In this document: piece by piece, positions 1 to 14,950 of the stretch
Layout: each line of letters begins with the position of its first letter
Position numbering within the stretch: position 1 is the first letter of the stretch
Assembly (NCBI GenBank): GCA_000182565.2
Contig: KQ257452.1
DNA from: Spizellomyces punctatus DAOM BR117
Taxonomy: Eukaryota
Direction: 5' to 3' (one strand)
DNA length: 64,000 bases
Translations under genes and position numbers: made by a program
The notes under the pieces: model-generated
Seen by the model: the letters and a program-made list of their open reading frames with translations, nothing else
Told to the model about the DNA's origin: nothing
Databases searched by the model: none

Positions 1-928
1 ACGCCATGGTCGACGAAGAGAGACTGAAGACACTGTCAAAAGCAGCTCTGGAGATTTGTTGGATGCGGACGTGGTTGACGTAGGCCGTTCGTCCCCGCAA
101 CCAAAGCGAACCATATCGTACTGGAATAGTGAAGAAACAGTGGCCTTCAAGGATGCATATAAGGAGTATGGTACCAATTGGGAGCTGGTTGCGCGCCATG
201 TTGGAAGCAAATCCGCCAAACAAGCACAGAACTATTACAAGAAGAATCAACTTGAACTGGATAGGCTTCTGGAGGAGACTCGCGCCCGATCTGTGGACGC
301 GTTCAGAGTTGATGAACTGGGCTCTCGCTCTTATTTCACCGCTCGCCATCGGTTGCTGCATGAAAGTGCACAGCGAGGCTCTCCGGCAATCTTGGACCTG
401 TCGCCACCTTCGTTCCAGAGAGTAGCTGATATGCTGTCATTGGACGATTCCAGTGAAGAGGCACAGGAGCCAGTTATCCGAAGAACAAAGACAGGAGGTC
501 TACTCGATGCTGTGCCAAAAACCACAAATGTGCATGTGAAGACCAGCGGTTCGATGGACAACATTGACGAGGTTGCAGCCCAATTGGACATTAAAGCCGA
601 GGTTATGCTTCAATCCATGTCGCTCCCAGATCACTTACCTCTAGCACCAGTGTACTATCATCCCTCGCTTACTCGAGAAAACCGCCCTCATCCTCAACAA
701 GCTGCTGCCGCTGCTGCCGCGCAACGTGTCGCCAAAGCCGTGCAGCACAGCGTACATCCGTACGTTGAAAATTTTGTGCGCATGCAAAGACAGCAAGGCC
801 CGCCTACATCCCCATCATCGAATACACATAGTGTGCCGGTACCTCAAGCAACGACTCCTGGGTCCCAACTCGGGAACATTGGCAACATTGCAATTACACG
901 GTTTTTGAGGCCCTTTGCTAGTGAATAA
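1..928 (+). CDS. SANT/Myb-domain protein (Snt1/N-CoR-like), 5'-truncated by window edge
   Basis: Frame is open from base 2 to TAA at 926-928. SANT motif SYWNSEETVAFKDAYKEYGTNWELVARHVGSKSAKQAQNYY is followed by a low-complexity Q/P/A tail. Confidence 0.75.
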   Translation, partial: RHGRRRETEDTVKSSSGDLLDADVVDVGRSSPQPKRTISYWNSEETVAFKDAYKEYGTNWELVARHVGSKSAKQAQNYYKKNQLELDRLLEETRARSVDAFRVDELGSRSYFTARHRLLHESAQRGSPAILDLSPPSFQRVADMLSLDDSSEEAQEPVIRRTKTGGLLDAVPKTTNVHVKTSGSMDNIDEVAAQLDIKAEVMLQSMSLPDHLPLAPVYYHPSLTRENRPHPQQAAAAAAAQRVAKAVQHSVHPYVENFVRMQRQQGPPTSPSSNTHSVPVPQATTPGSQLGNIGNIAITRFLRPFASE

Positions 929-1366
929 CATCCTATAGAGGTCGTTCTCTTTGTATTTTACTTGTTTAATTTTTTTTCCTTTTGTTGTTTATACTTTTTG
1001 GAATATGTGTAAATTTAAATAACGAAATGATCACCATAAGTCCAACTTGTGTGAAAACATTGAAACCGTTTTGGTAAATGAAACGCGGTTCGATAATCCG
1101 CAATATGTCCAAAAAAGGCAAAGTTGCCGCATAACGGATCAGGAGTGACGGGCGGACTGGCGTTTCATTTTTTTGGTCAGAAAGGCGGAGGCTCCTTTTG
1201 AAGGCTTTTCTCCCAAAGGGCCAAAAAAACGAGGCTGGTGCTTGTTGGTGGTTTGAAATTCCTTCTTTTTTGTGCTTTTGACTTTAATCTTTCGAGACCA
1301 CCTTCCCGCCTCCTTCAAGTCAAGTCTCTACGTTCCCGTCCACTTTCATTTCGTCAACTGCATCCA

Positions 1367-2470
1367 ATGTCGCGCGACCGCACGCAAGATCTCCGTCGCC
1401 CTACCAACAATGCTCCCCGCTACCCGTCGCCCGCAATGACGCAAACTCGCCCCGGTGGTTCATACAGTTCTTACGGTGGGAACGGTGGTTACGGTGAGAG
1501 CGACATGGAGATGGGTCGCTACGCTTCGTCATACGGAGGAGGAGGTGGAAACTCGTATGGACGGTCAAACAGCGGGTCTCAGTTGGACAGTTTCTTTGCC
1601 GACGTGGAGCAGGTTCAAAAGGGGATTGAGCGTGTACGACAGAATGTCAGAACCATTGAGCAATTGCACCAGCGGGCTCTCCTTGCAACGAGTCCAGATG
1701 AACAAGCTCGTGAGTAAAGAGAGACTCTTAGTGGCTCTTGCGTGTGAAAAGTGTGTTGATTGTTTTTTTGTTGTTGTTTGGCGTTAGGTTACACTCGCCA
1801 AGTGGACGATGTGCAGGACGAAACAAGCGACCTCATTCAAAGTCTGCGTGCAACAGTGAAAAAGATGGCTGCCGGAACAAAGAATGCATCACAGGCAGAT
1901 GCTGGTATCCGACAGCAACAGCAAGCAGGACTCGCCAAGCGACTCATGGAAGTAGCCCAAGAGTACCAGGACGTTCAAATGAAATCAAAACAAAAGTATC
2001 GGCAACGCATGGAGCGCGAAATCCGGATCGCCCGTCCTGACGCCACACCTGGAGAGATTGAACGAGCCCTGGACTCCAACACGGGCAGTGTCTTTTCTCA
2101 ACAGCTCTTGTCTTCCCGTGTCGGTGCCCAAAGAGCTGCTCTTGCAGAAGTTCAGAACCGTCATGAAGAAATCCATCGTATCGAACAGAGTATCAACGAG
2201 CTCTTCACACTCTTTCAGGAAATGCAGGCCATGCTGGAGCAACAGCAGGAAACCATCAACGCGATTGAGACGCATGTTGAGAACACGCATGTGTATATCG
2301 AGGATGGAAATAAGGAAATGACGCAAGCCATCGTCCACAGAAAGAGCTCGAGAAAGACTGCCTGGTGGATATGCGCTTGCGTCCTGGTCTTGCTTATTAT
2401 CGTCGCTGTTGTTGTGTATATCTATGTTGTGAAACCGGCGCTCGATGCAAAGAACGCTGCGCCAAAGTAA
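1367..2470 (+). CDS. SSO1: Plasma-membrane syntaxin (Qa-SNARE, Sso1/syntaxin-1 family), 2 exons
   Basis: N-peptide MSRDRTQDL, Habc helices (FFADVEQVQKGIERVRQNV), SNARE motif (AEVQNRHEEIHRIEQSINELFTLFQEM...QQETINAIE) and C-terminal TM segment. GT-AG intron 1710-1787. Confidence 0.9.
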
Positions 2471-2749
2471 GGGAGCTCAAGGTTACCTTGCAGGAGTGTA
2501 TATAGAACAACTCAAAAGGAAACTCATGTACATACGATGGCGTAGAGATAGACCGGTAACTGTGTCAGTTGTGGTTCTTGCTTATTTTTGTTTAGGTTTT
2601 TGGTGAGATGTTTGGGGCTTTGTTGCTGTGGAAGTGCCTGATAGGATTATCTGTTTTTCTTAACAAGATGTATATATAACTATAATTTTGGGTGATCCCG
2701 GAGACTGAATCTGCCTGTCATCAAAACGAAATTGTTATTGAAAACCTAT

Positions 2750-3873
<1,124 letters not shown>

Positions 3874-4709
3874 GATGGGGAGGACTATTAAATGAAGGAA
3901 GCAGGGATGAGCAACAAGTAAAGCACGACGAGCTGTTGGGTACGGCTGAACGATGAGTGCGCGTGGTGATGATGTTTGTTGAGGCTCCCTAAGACGTGTC
4001 TAGTCGAGTGCGCGCGTTGGACGAGTCCACTTGTTGGCATAGCAACAACCCTGCTTCAAGTCTTCATTTTTGGGGCAATCCTTCCAAATGGCGAAACATC
4101 AAGCGTTCCGAAATTGTCCTGGAGGCGGCTTGCTTGCGTTTACCACTTAACCACTGTCAGATATCCACCTCCAAGACATGCAGGAATAGCTTCAATTGAG
4201 CAACACCGCCCCTAACAGGTGCGAGCCGGATTATCTTTATCTTGGTTCCGCGTATCGTGGGTATGGAGAGTCCTTGATGGCAACTCCTGCGAATATGAAT
4301 GTAGCGCTGGGATGCGTCATGATCTTTTGCAACGATGGCTTTTCGCTACCCGTCGTTGCCCGTTGATTCCAGCTACAAATGTCGTAAGCCAAGAGTCCCC
4401 AACTGTCAGATTCTGGTTTGACCAATTATGTTCTCTGGCAAGCGATTATATATGCAATTCGCACTTGTATTCTCCTGCTCTTGCAATCGGCATCGCCACT
4501 AAACCAAGAATGGACATACGCTTTTACCAAATCTTATATTGCTTTGCATCGGTCGCTGTCCCCACGTAGGCTTGTCCCCAGTTACTAAGCACATAGGTTT
4601 CTGTATCATGTAATCGCGGCAGTTGGCTAGTCACCACGCCATCCAGGCGTCCCAAATGCATTGCGTTTCGCGTCGAGGTTTTCTCGGTCGCCCATCCTAT
4701 TTCTGAAGC

Positions 4710-6687
4710 ATGAAGTTACAAAGAATCCTTCTACGACACTATCCACCGGGTACTTCAGAATAAGTGTATTCTGTATACGACAAAGTCGCTGTTCAATTTT
4801 CTAAGTCATGCTTTGCAGGAATCATTGTGGAGTATGTACAGGCGCAAAGGCTCCACACAAAGGCGATCGACCTTATGGACCTTCCATATGCGTAGGGTGA
4901 AGAAGCTGCAGTTCTTTACTGATTAAAAGAATATTGTTATTTATTTGAGTATATATGCTACAGGGCGGACTTGACAAAGGCTGCACATGATCTAAAGCAA
5001 CGGGAACCGCTCTTGGCGCGAGTGGAATCAGATAAGATCTTGAGTGTGCTGCAATGTAAGCAAAGGTGAAACCCCCGCAAGACTGATGAGCTTTTCTAAT
5101 TCTCGATCAAAGCCTTGAAAAATAAAAATGTCCGACGAATACCGTTTACCTACGTTTCACATAAAAAACTTCGGGCTCATGTAATGCCTTTGACGAATTG
5201 CGCTTTCAACAAATCGGGTGACAGGTTAGGACGCTACTGGAGGCTTTTAAGGGATATGTCCTTGGATAGCGCTCTGAGTGGGTTGATCTTGTACCGCAGG
5301 ATCATCACCGGCAGCTATGACCGCCTCTGCAAAGTCTGGGATACGGTCAACGGAACCGAGCTGTTGACGCTCGATGGTCACAAGAACGTCGTGTACTCTC
5401 TGTCGTTTAACAATCCCTTCGGGTAAGCTTCTTATTAAACATTGCGCCTTAAGCTTTTCTCACAATCTACCAACTGTACCCTAGCGACAAAATTGTCACG
5501 GGCTCATTCGATCGAACCGCAAAGGTAAAGAGGATGTTCGCTCTTCCTCTCATTAGCTCGTGTTCACGAGAACAGCTGATAGATACACCAATTGTATAGC
5601 TGTGGAGCGCAGAAACAGGAAAATGTCACCACACCTTCAAAGGACACACTGGCGAAATCGTCGCGCTGTCGTTCAACCCGCACAGCACAATAGTTGCAAC
5701 TGGAAGTATGGACAGTACATCCATGCTGTGGGATGTAAGGACTGGCTCAGATGTATGCAAATTCAAGGTAAATATTTGAGTGGCATGTCGCTGTGCCAAA
5801 CTTCGCTGACATTACCGTTCGTCAGGGTCACTCAGCCGAAGTGATAACGATTGGCTTCAGTAATTCAGGAGATTTGCTGCTGACTGGTTCGTTTGATTCC
5901 ACAATAAATGTTTGGGATGTCAGAACTGGAAGGTAGTTGTTGCCATTTTTTTGGGTGGTCTGTACAAGGCACTGATGAGATGATTCAGAAATCTGCATAC
6001 TCTGATTGGCCACCGCAGCGAAATATCGAATGCTGTTTTCAACCATCAATCCACAAATATTCTGAGCGGATCCATGGATGGTACAGCGAAATTATGGGAT
6101 GTGAATTCCGGCGAGTGTACACAAACATTGAGGTACCAAGCGCTACTTATCCTGGGCCGAGGACTAGTTATCCACTGACTTGAACTAAACAGGGGCCACA
6201 CGGATGAAGTCCTCGATATTGCTTTCAATTGTACCGGCACTCGGATTGCCACAGCGTCAGCAGATAAGACTGCGAGAATCTACGACACGCAATCCAATGA
6301 ATGTTTATACACGTTGACTGGCCATGATAATGAGATTTCAAAGGTTTGGCTGACCCTTTCCGTCATTGATATCGTTAAAACCTTGTTGATGTACATTTCT
6401 GGTACACAGATCACGTTTGATTCGACCGGTAGCCAAATTTTGACAGGGAGTCGAGACAAAACAGCTAGATTATGGAGCAGCTTCGATGGGAGATGTACTC
6501 AAGTCCTGGAGGGGCATACCGACGAAATCTTCAGTTGCGCATTCAACTACGAAGGAGACTATATTGTGACAGGTTTGAAATCCAAAGTCAGCTTCACGTG
6601 TAAAGTGTTAGTGCTCAACCTGCTTTCTTCACACCAGCGTCCAAAGACAATACATGTCACATATGGCGGACAAAAGATGCAGGGTGA
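4710..6687 (+). CDS. DAW1: Dynein assembly factor with WD repeats 1 (WDR69/ODA16), multi-exon
   Basis: Diagnostic start [70 protein letters not shown]; end [18 protein letters not shown]...[10 protein letters not shown]. Confidence 0.93.
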
Positions 6688-6907
6688 TCGCCTTTGGACG
6701 TTAGAGTAAAATAACTGCCAAGGTTAAGATAGGGTTCACCGGGCTGATACGTCCTCTGCTATCATTCTTGTCGCCACAATACCCAAACGCGCACACCTTA
6801 TCGTTCTATGCATTTCACAATTCAAGTCATTATTAAAGAAATACCAATTGAGGCACAAGTCATCTCAACCTCAACCACACAGCACACTCCTTCCCATATC
6901 ATCAATC

Positions 6908-7286
6908 TCAGTGCTCATCATGTGTTGAATTATGATGTCCATAGCTACGTTCTGGTACAATGAGCGGGTTCAGTTGTGCGAGATACGTTAATGCCCACCT
7001 GAGAATAACAAACATTAGAAATGCAATTGGCGATACGGTTGGGCGAGCCTTGGGAACTTACATTGTCCAGGTACAGGCTAATGTCAGCGATAGGACTGTT
7101 CTGTAAAGACTGTCAAACCAACATGCAAAGCACGGTTAGACCACTCAGGATACATTTGATATTGACATCCATAATCCAGAGGAGACACTCTTACACTTGG
7201 TCTGGTGATTTGGGGATGAAGTAGAACCCGACGCCACCCGCAATTGCAAACAGGATAAACGTGACAATAACTGCAACGCCACTCAT
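6908..7286 (-). CDS. VMA9: V-ATPase V0 subunit e, 3 exons (absent from the ORF track)
   Basis: Spliced translation MSGVAVIVTFILFAIAGGVGFYFIPKSPDQV|LYRTVLSLTLACTWTM|WALTYLAQLNPLIVPERSYGHHNSTHDEH*. MWAxxYLAQLxPLI is the subunit e signature. Confidence 0.9.
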
Positions 7287-7699
7287 GGTTGTCGACTGGG
7301 ATTGTATTGCCGGAATAGAGGAGGTTTTGAAAGGATGGTGCGTCTCAGGCTCCTGCTTGGAAACTGCATTGGATACCGAATAGAACCAAACATGAGCGGT
7401 CAGAGCAATGAAAAAAGCGAGAAAAAAGCACAGGCATCAATTGCGGCCACTTGGTTAACCTACTTAAAGCACGAACCCTGCCCGCGATGTGCCAAGATTG
7501 TGATGGTCCGCCACTGTTGGGAAATCACCGCAGAAACCTCTTTCAATGGCGGAGCGCGACGGGGACTTATATAAGATACATGACTGTGCGGCCTAGTCAC
7601 GATTTATGAAACTGCTCGCACAACTCGCTTTCCAACCAACCTTTGTCCAATCAACCCATCGCAATTAGAAACCATTACGACTTGGAACGAGCAGTCGGG

Positions 7700-7989
7700 A
7701 TGGCCAGACTTTTGCACTATGCTTTTGAGGCGGTTCTATTGAGTACTGCGTTTTCGGGGGCACGGCGTGCGGCCGGCGTCGGTAAGTGCAGCCCACCATT
7801 ACTCGTGTATCGACGATGCTCTCAACTCAAGTTGTTTCCCGACGTGTAGATTTCAACTATCAAAGGATAGAAAACGAAACCTTGCGGAGTGCGGTTGGAC
7901 AGTACTTGCGAATTGGGGACTGGGTGATCGACACATCAGCGGACCAGCTCAAAAAGACGCCGGGCTACTTTGTGTCCTCAAAACGGTAG
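7700..7989 (+). CDS. ATG44: DUF1748 small protein, mitofissin Atg44/Mdi1/Mco8-like, 2 exons
   Basis: MARLLHYAFEAVLLSTAFSGARRAAGV|DFNYQRIENETLRSAVGQYLRIGDWVIDTS...GYFVSSKR. Intron 7782-7849. About 73 aa with the H..D/E.VL.S...G.RR..G and YL..G.W..D pattern. Confidence 0.8.
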
Positions 7990-8120
7990 CCACAAGCGAG
8001 TCTGGGACATATCTACAAAATTTCGGACATCCGATAGAAGAGAATCCTGTGCAGTGATCACTATGGCCCTATGTGTATTGTAATAAATAAATACAAATGT
8101 AAGAAACTATTTACAACATC

Positions 8121-9628
8121 CTAATCTGTGCTCTCCGCTCGAATCTTCTCCACCATCTGCCTCATTAGATCGGTGGCTTTTGTGATATTCTTTCTCTCCA
8201 TCGCAGAAATCGGCACGATGGGCACATTCGTCTTACACTTGAGAATTTCCAAGTTATCCTTGGCAATCTTGCCCATGTCCGCTTTGTTTGCCACGATCAA
8301 GCTCGGCTTGTTGGTCAAACCAGGTTTGTATGCCTCTAATTCACGCATCAGTACTTCAAAATCTCGCCATGGCGCTTTCCCTGCAAGATCAATCACGTAT
8401 ACGAGCATTCGATTTCTCTCTACGTGGCGCAAGAACCGGTGTCCTATGCCGACATTCCGATGTGCACCTTCAATGAGCCCGGGAATGTCAGCTATGGTCA
8501 TCGTCCAGAAATCCGGAAAGTCAATGGTGCCAACATAAGGATTGAGAGTAGTGAAAGGATAGGGTGCTATACGAGGATGTGCGTTCGACACAGCGGCTAG
8601 AAACGTCGACTTTCCGGCGTTCGGTAAGCCCACAAGACCAGCGTCTGCGATTGTTTTCAACTCCAATTCCAGCCAGAGAGTCGTCCCTGGCCTCCCTTTG
8701 CCTGCTAACGCTGGGCCCCTTATTTCAGATGAGAGAAAATGAGGGTTTCCTTGCCCTCCCTTTCCGCCCTGCGCTACGAGATGTCGTTCCCCGTCGCTTG
8801 TAAGATCAAAATCCACAAATTGGCCTGTTGTGCTCTGCTCGTACGGTATACGCTCTAAAAGCATTTGCATGCGATCTTCTTGTGGAGTATAACCTGAGCG
8901 AAATTTGTAGAATTTACTTATCAACTCCATATTTTCGATTTTGATGTCTTCCTCAGATCTTGCTTCATCTTCAAATGCATTCATATCGTTTTCATTCCCT
9001 TCCTCTGCATCATCCGTCGTAGAGTCCTTTCGTTCGTGCGGTTCGAATTGCCTCACTTGGGTTCCCACCGGTACAACAATTTCGGTATCCTTGCCATCGG
9101 CCCCATGCATCTGCTTTCCTTGTCCAGGTCCTCCATCCGGCGCCGCATAACGATTTTGCACCCCATTTAATGAAGTGATTTCTTTTGAAGCAACTATGAA
9201 CACGTTTCCTCCACGACCACCATTTCCTCCGCTTGGGGGACCGAACGGATTTCGACTACTTTTGAAGAATGTGATTGCCCCGTCGCCGCCTTTCCCAGCC
9301 GTCACTTTGACGCGTTTGAAGTCAACAAAGGGTTGTCCCTTGCGAACGAGCAAAAGGAACTCAGTTAGGCTTTGAATTGACTCTGGCAGAGAACCGCGCA
9401 AGGCACCTTTCCCAGAAACTTGCGATGCACAGAGCGCCGTACGACGGAATCCACTGTGGATATGCTACCGCTCTCCGAACTGAAGCGAGGGCTTCCCTCT
9501 GATTCCCCGCTTGAACTGCTTTGTAACCGTCGTGAGTTCAAATTTGATAATAACCAAAGCGGTCGTAGCTGAGCGGACACAGTTGTCCGGCTGCAGGTGC
9601 ATATCTGGCGGAATGCTCCCGTCCGCAT
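8121..9628 (-). CDS. MTG2: Mitochondrial Obg-family GTPase (MTG2/GTPBP5), 2 exons
   Basis: Arg/Ser-rich presequence, Obg Gly-rich domain (FVDFKRVKVTAGKGGDG), G1 GLPNAGKS, G2 YPFTTL, G3 DIPG, G4 NKAD. Confidence 0.92.
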
Positions 9629-9758
9629 TGCTCAGATCTATGGTGTGGAAAGTCGACCAAGAACCCCGCGCTTATTACAAGATCGGCGAAAATGAGGCGC
9701 AGTCAAAGGACCAGCCTTTCGCGACCTTCCGTGACATCCTGCCTTGCTTACCATTCCC

Positions 9759-10283
9759 ATGTCTGCAACCAACAACGATGCTGAACGAAGCGCCTTCATA
9801 ACAGTCGGCACCACACGGTTTGATGCTCTAGTTGAAACGGTATCTACACTAGAGTTCCTGAATGCGGTACACCGGAATGGTTTTACGCGCCTCACAATCC
9901 AACACGGGAGAAGCCCAATCCCATTGATACCACCTGGCTCACCCATTCGAGTAATAACATACGACTTCAAACCAGATCTAAATGCGGATTATCAATCTGC
10001 TGCCTTGGTCATTTCACATGCCGGAGCAGGTTCGATCCTCGAAGGACTAGCACTGGGAAAGCCGTTGCTGGTGGTCGTTAACAGAGGTCTCATGGACAAC
10101 CACCAACTAGAATTGGCAACTGCTATGGCAAGGCAGGGGGTCTTGATATGGACGGACGTAGAGAATTTAACGACCTCCATTGACAAGGGCGGGTGGGAGA
10201 ACTTGCACCGCCTTGAGGAGAGCGATCCAACCATCTTTATTGACATCTTGAAAGAAGAGGCTGGATTTCCCTTGAAAAGATGA
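9759..10283 (+). CDS. ALG13: UDP-GlcNAc transferase subunit ALG13 (GT28 C-terminal domain)
   Basis: FITVGTTRFDALV; LVISHAGAGSILE; LLVVVNRGLMDNHQLELA. Single exon. Confidence 0.93.
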   Translation: MSATNNDAERSAFITVGTTRFDALVETVSTLEFLNAVHRNGFTRLTIQHGRSPIPLIPPGSPIRVITYDFKPDLNADYQSAALVISHAGAGSILEGLALGKPLLVVVNRGLMDNHQLELATAMARQGVLIWTDVENLTTSIDKGGWENLHRLEESDPTIFIDILKEEAGFPLKR

Positions 10284-10333
10284 CACTTGGTATTCGTATT
10301 GTATATACTTCTAATTAGTGTTCAACGTATTAT

Positions 10334-11458
<1,125 letters not shown>

Positions 11459-11668
11459 ACGGTGGTGTCTGGAAAAGAAAGTTGGTGAGTTGGGTGGGTT
11501 GGACGCGATCACCTCATGTCGACGGCCATCGAACGATCGCGTGGGTGGCGCAGCAGCAAAGAAGGCCAACTAGTAAGGCCAAGACCACTGGAAAAGACCT
11601 TTTTGAAAACGAGGATTGGCTATGTACAAATATCCTACTAGACATAAATAAATAAATGCAGTGCATAT

Positions 11669-13525
11669 CTATCCCATAGACTTTCTCCCAAAATGCAGCA
11701 AAGCTGCTTCCATGAACGCGTTTAAATCACCATCCAGGACTTTATCAACATCCCCTCGCTCATACCCTGTTCGTACGTCTTTAATCATCTTATAAGGATG
11801 AAGCACGTAAGATCGAATTTGGGAACCCCATGCATTGTCCGCAAGCTCGGCACGCTGGTCTGCCTTTGCTTGCATCCTAAGACGAAAGTATACATATATC
11901 AGTTAAATGCCCTCAATGATGTCGCGCCCTCCTGACCATACTTTGCCCGCAGCTCTCGTTCATAAAGCTTGGCTTGAAGCATCTGAAGAGCAACTGCCCT
12001 ATTTTGATGTTGTGATCGCTGTGACTGACACTGTATACACGTATATGCAAGTGAGGGTTTGTTGCCGTGGATGAAACATGGTGTCGACCAATAGCTTACC
12101 GTAACCATAATTCCAGTTGGGAGATGTACGATTCGTACCGCACTTTCCGTTGTATTCACGTGCTGCCCTCCAGCACCTTGTGCTCTCATAACATCGATCT
12201 TGATGTCGCCAGGAGGAATTTCAATGCTTCGCGCGTCGGAAGCACCGTTCGACTCGAAGGCGGGATAGACTTGAACTGACACAAAGGACGTATGTCGCTT
12301 ATTCTACCAGCAACACACCCATGTTAGAGAGCTAAAAGGCACTGCCTGTGACAGGGTACATACATTTGCGTCAAACGGAGACATTCGCACGAAACGATGT
12401 ACACCTGCTTCATGCTTGCACCACCCATAAGCGTATTCCCCATTTATTTGCAATGTGGCCGACTTTAAACCGGCAACTTCTCCTTTTACGTCATCGACTA
12501 CCTTGACTACAAGTTCGATGTAGATATTAGACATTGTGAAAGTCCGTACTTTGCCATCCATCCAACTTTCTCACCATCGTGTGATTGAGAGACGCCCCAG
12601 CGCTCGTACATTCTATGAACACAGAATGTTAAGCTTCCTCGCACCACGAATTGAGCCTTCCAAACAGTATTACCGAGCGAGAATCGACACCCAATCGCAA
12701 GCTTCGGCGCCGCCTGCCCCAGCTCGCAGCTCCAAAAAGCAACCATTCCTATCGGCTTCTTCTGACCTGTATCACAATGGTCAGTAATTCACTCTGATCA
12801 TCAAATTTGTAAATGTAGCCTCACATCATCAAGCGAAGAGAAAACTTTTCCAACTGCTCTCGCAAACTATGCAAATCCGCAGTGATATCGTCACACAGAG
12901 CCGGGTCTTGTTCCTCCTGCGCAAGCTCTGCAGATAGGATATATTGATTGAGCGTATGATTTATACTACAAGGACTCCACAGACATTTACCAAGCAGGTC
13001 CGTAATTTCATCATGCTTCGCCAAGTAAGAATCGTACTCGTTCAACGCATCTTCCAGCTGTGATAGACGTTTCTGATACACGATAGCTTTATCCGCATCA
13101 TCCTGCCACAATGTATCCGACTATAGAATATGACAGTGTTAATCGCAGTCAGATATTGATCTTTGAAGAAAGTAGGATATACAAACCTGAACTTTATCTA
13201 AGAGATCGGTTCTCTCGGCTCGCATACCCGCCCAGTTGTTTCGACCTTCCACCAGCGTCAAGAGACGAGATACCTCAGCACGGTCAGGAGTAATCGAGAA
13301 GAGTATGTCCTTTTTATGGCGGGGAGCTTCTGATGCTAAACTCCGACAGCTTTGGCAAATAAACGGTGCATATCGGGGTATCACGGCTGCCGGGAATGGC
13401 ATGTTCCCGCTTCTACTCGACCTATTCGACCCATTACATGATGCTACTGCCAACTGTCTAAATGTAAAAGAAGCTCTAGCCGGTTTCAAGGTCCGAGAGA
13501 CCTGCGGCAGGGTCAAGCGGGGCAT
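11669..13525 (-). CDS. prfB: Bacterial-type peptide chain release factor 2 with N-terminal mitochondrial presequence (mtRF2), multi-exon
   Basis: [48 protein letters not shown] (SPF at 12373-12381); [16 protein letters not shown] (GGQ at 12163-12171); [13 protein letters not shown]2-type end [22 protein letters not shown]...VLDGDL. Confidence 0.92.
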
Positions 13526-14950
13526 CTCCGTAAAGCGTTGGCAAAATGCTGGAGACGCTCGTTCAAGACCGTTGATCGTGACGTAAGAGAATGTAGCCAA
13601 TAGATGCTCGAGGCGCAGGGTGCTTTGATTTTTCGGCCTTATAAAAGCAGCCTTCTTCGTCTCGTCAACAGCTCACAAGTCTTCAACTTTCCAAGGTGAG
13701 CTCTTATTTGAATTCTTTTGACCAACATGGGATGAGAGAGCGGGTGACGAATCAGAATCACCGATGCTTTGTGAGGAAAGAAATACTGCCAATGCACCAC
13801 CAACCGACGCTTTCCTATCCCATTTGGCTTCAGTTCTTGAGGCGCTATCTGTTGTAATACGCTAACCACTTCATGTCTCTTGTGACTTTGGTTCAGGTTT
13901 CTGCGAATATGCCAAGCAGGTGCGCTTCGGTTTTGAACCGCACTTCTTTGCATTGTCGTGGACATACTTGATTGTCTCGGACTGCAAGTTCACGATTTTC
14001 CATGGCGTGGTAAGTTTCTTATGTGTTCTGTATGCGGGCAATGGGAAGTGATGATACGACAAAGTTAATGCCAGTTCTGCTTCTGAAAATAATGAAAGAG
14101 AACTCTTTGCTCGAAACTATCTGATCCTATTTTGCATAATGTAACCTGTTCCGACATTTGGACAGTAGCTTATGGGTCCTTCTTTTACAGATCTGCGATG
14201 CGCAACGAAAAAGTTAGAAAGTCGCTTCTTAGTGGTGAGTTGATGCCCGAGATGAATGTCCTGGGACAGATGATGCTTTTTGTTCATCCGTGTTTCACAT
14301 GATTCTATGAGATTACAACTTCGAACGCTGATGTCTCAGACATGTCAATTTGCTATCTGAAGCTGTGGGCACTAATCATTTTCTCTATGATAGGTGGGGT
14401 TTCGTATCTACCATCATTTGCAGGAGCATCTCCTGGCATCATGTTGTGGTCTCCTTTGACCGACCACACCATCATGCATGTGAATCATGCTCCTGCTTAC
14501 CAGGACAATACCGAAAGGGTGCTGTAGGTATTACAGCACTCAGTATCTGGCACATACTAGTGTGACTCTTATGAAAAGCATGACGTTGTTCACGATTCCT
14601 CGTGCCAAAGATGATCTGTATTCTATTAGAGCATTGCCTTTCGCTGCTCTTAAGGAGTGGTTCTGTGAGGGCGGATGTGTCAAATGAATACGACATGTCC
14701 CAAGTTGATGGTATCATCTGCTGGCCAACGCCGTTAGTTGCAACTGTCAGACGTGCCAAAACATGCCTACTTTCAGACTTTACAGATTACCTAGACGTGA
14801 ACATACTGAAACCAACAATGATCCATTATATTACAAAAGGCATTGCAAACTAATAATATTATACAGAAAATAGTAAAGTGTAACTGCACTAAAAAATGAG
14901 CAACACAAAAGTAAAACGATGAAGAGCCTAGCCGTATCTAGCTACCCCCA

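Noticed and set aside
3900-4700. ORFs of 60-116 aa between PUP2 and DAW1
   Set aside because: No motifs and mostly non-ATG starts; consistent with a divergent promoter region.
11669-13525. prfB as bacterial contamination, or carrying the programmed +1 frameshift
   Set aside because: The gene has multiple spliceosomal introns and a presequence, lies between fungal genes, and its exons join without a frameshift.
13620-14900. 1.3-kb spacer with several short ORFs, possibly a gene or transposon relic
   Set aside because: No recognisable motif, terminal repeat or consistent exon chain could be built.
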